Under the pieces are notes generated by a model. It made no database searches and had not been told where the DNA came from. It worked only from the letters and a program-made list of their open reading frames with translations. The translations under genes and the position numbers were made by a program. Source: Selaginella moellendorffii (Eukaryota; Plantae; Lycopodiophyta). From it: 64,000 nt of DNA. The stretch lies in NCBI RefSeq assembly GCF_000143415.4, contig NW_003314263.1, positions 533,114 to 597,113 of the forward strand, in the 5' to 3' direction. The first letter of the stretch is position 1, and the number at the start of each line of letters is the position of its first letter. Shown one piece after another: positions 62,264-64,000 of this stretch.

Positions 62264-63134
62264 TCTGAAAGTGCAGAAAAGAAGTTAAGACCATACAAAA
62301 AATGATTGGAGAATGGCCTAAATCATAACATACCAAACAACCTCAATAGCATGAGGCCACATGCCATTATTCAAACATGCTATTGACACCCACGTGAAAT
62401 TTCGCATTCACAAAATTGGCATGAGGCCTCATGCCATCTTGATATACACACAGCTGCAGGCAAGTAAAAACATACATGACAATACGCTAGCCATGAAATT
62501 GCAAGGGCCCAAGATGGCATGTGGCCTCATGCCATTTCTAAATGTGGTCCTAAGCCATTCCATGGTGAACATACCAGGAAGCACAAGTGCCGAATATCAA
62601 GAGGAAGCGGTAGCCACACCAAAGACAGTGCCGCTCGCAACACCGCAACTACTTGTAGCACCGCTCGCAACACCGCAACTGCTCGTAGCGCCGCTCGCAC
62701 AAACTGCCACTCGCATAAACTGCCGCTCGCAATGGCGCTCGCAATGCCGCAACCGCTCGTAGACGCATAAACCACAGCCCACAACGCCGCTTACACAAGC
62801 AGCGCTCACTGCGCTCAGCGGAACCAAGAACACGGCGCACAAAAATGATAAACCTAGGAATGAGTTCGAGAATTCAAAAATAACACACGCTTGAACGTCA
62901 CATCAAATCCTCTGACAAACCAGATCTTATGATTCCTCTGACAAATTTCAAACTGAGTAGCTTCTAGACTTTGCTGTCGGAGGTTGAACTTTGTCACATC
63001 ATGTCCTTGCCTCGATCCAGCTGTGCCATGTCAGTGATTCGAACTTTGCCATGCCATGTCAGCGATCCGCGCCAAGATTATTCGCCGTGTAAAGGAATAA
63101 TTACGCTGTGTGTGTACGTCCATTTATGGCAATA

Positions 63135-63237
63135 TAAGGCCACACGCCATTCAAAGAATAATGCTCGACATAAGGCCACACGCCATTCAAAGAATAATGC
63201 TCGACATAAGGCCACACGCCATTCAAAGAATAATGCT
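63135..63237. repeat. Three 36-bp tandem repeats carrying the AGGCCACACGCCAT motif
   Basis: taaggccacacgccattcaaagaataatgct at 63135, 63171 and 63207. Confidence 0.92.
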
Positions 63238-63630
63238 AGTCGAGCATTTTTTGGTGCATTTTTGGGTTCAAAATTGCATGAGCCCACACGCTATAAAGTT
63301 TACCTGTACCAAAAATAGAAACAGCTTTATTTACTTGGGAATTTAAGTGGTTGAGGCATTTTTAAACTTACAAACACATGCCCTACTTACATTCCTTTGG
63401 TTGCCTAAAATTCAAAAATATTATAAACCTTTCTTTTTGCATTTTCAATGTTTTCAATTATGGTTTTTGATTTTCGTAGGACCAGCCTAGTAATCTATTT
63501 GCATCCCGTCATGTTTATAGCTAGCTTTCGTTCGTCCCCTTCGCTAGCCTGAGATACATCTGCTCGGCATCTGCCTCTTACAGCATTTGCCCAGAAAGGG
63601 CATCTTTCTTCACGCAGCATTTGCCACATG

Positions 63631-63663
63631 TTTAGGGTTTAGGGTTTAGGGTTTAGGGTTTAG
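63631..63663 (+). repeat. Short interstitial plant telomeric repeat (TTTAGGG)4
   Basis: tttagggtttagggtttagggtttagggtttag. Confidence 0.9.
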
Positions 63664-64000
63664 CAATTCAGTAGGTTGATAAACATGCAAATACAGAACT
63701 TGATGCAAAATCCTTTGATATGTCACAATGCCCCTAGGACCATAAACACATTTCAATAGAGAGGGTCCTTTCATTTCATAACTCCTTACGTAGATCTTGG
63801 TGAAACCAGAGTTAGTGAAGTTAGTTTCTTGTGATCCCGCATCTGATTGTGATGTCCCTTTGCAGTTTCGATGGAAAGGTCAATGCACACCAAACTGTGA
63901 AATCTTGGAGCAAAATAACGGTCGGATCTATGGCAAATGCCCCTGAAACATTGTAAGGCTCGTGTGGTCTCATGTGGTGTCCGATTGAGATGCTTCTTTG

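Noticed and set aside
63135-63237. 36-bp direct repeats of CRISPR-like length
   Set aside because: Head-to-tail with no unique spacers, eukaryotic context and no cas genes.
57880-63400. Terminal inverted repeats and TSD for the Sola-like element
   Set aside because: No convincing inverted match between the left and right flanks was found by eye, so element boundaries are not called.

Overview
Eukaryotic plant genomic DNA. Very short GT-AG introns (~50-70 bp), tightly packed genes, a tau-class GST and TTTAGGG repeats suggest a compact lycophyte (Selaginella-like) genome; this is an inference. 0-11 kb: a Ku70 gene fragment, an apparently intact Crinkler/CR-type gene (PD-(D/E)xK nuclease fused to an atypical kinase) plus a decayed second copy, and old LTR remnants. 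11-33 kb: a dense gene island containing a FAM192A/NIP30-like gene, a GDSL protein lacking its catalytic Ser, GH27 alpha-galactosidase, KU70, an NDP1-like TPR gene, PSAH, a CLD1-like hydrolase, DNA primase small subunit, a frameshifted aromatic amino acid decarboxylase of aldehyde-synthase type, and ATG11. 33-40 kb: a young small-LTR Ty3/gypsy element with a clear -1 ribosomal frameshift signal (G_GGA_AAC plus H-type pseudoknot), then a tau GST. 40-58 kb: a multi-layer nest of LTR elements including a 1041-bp tandem triplication. 58-64 kb: a Sola-like DDE transposase gene broken by one stop codon, surrounded by many copies of a palindromic motif. The strongest candidates for a second look are the CR nuclease-kinase gene, the frameshift pseudoknot and the Sola-like transposase with extra N-terminal domains.
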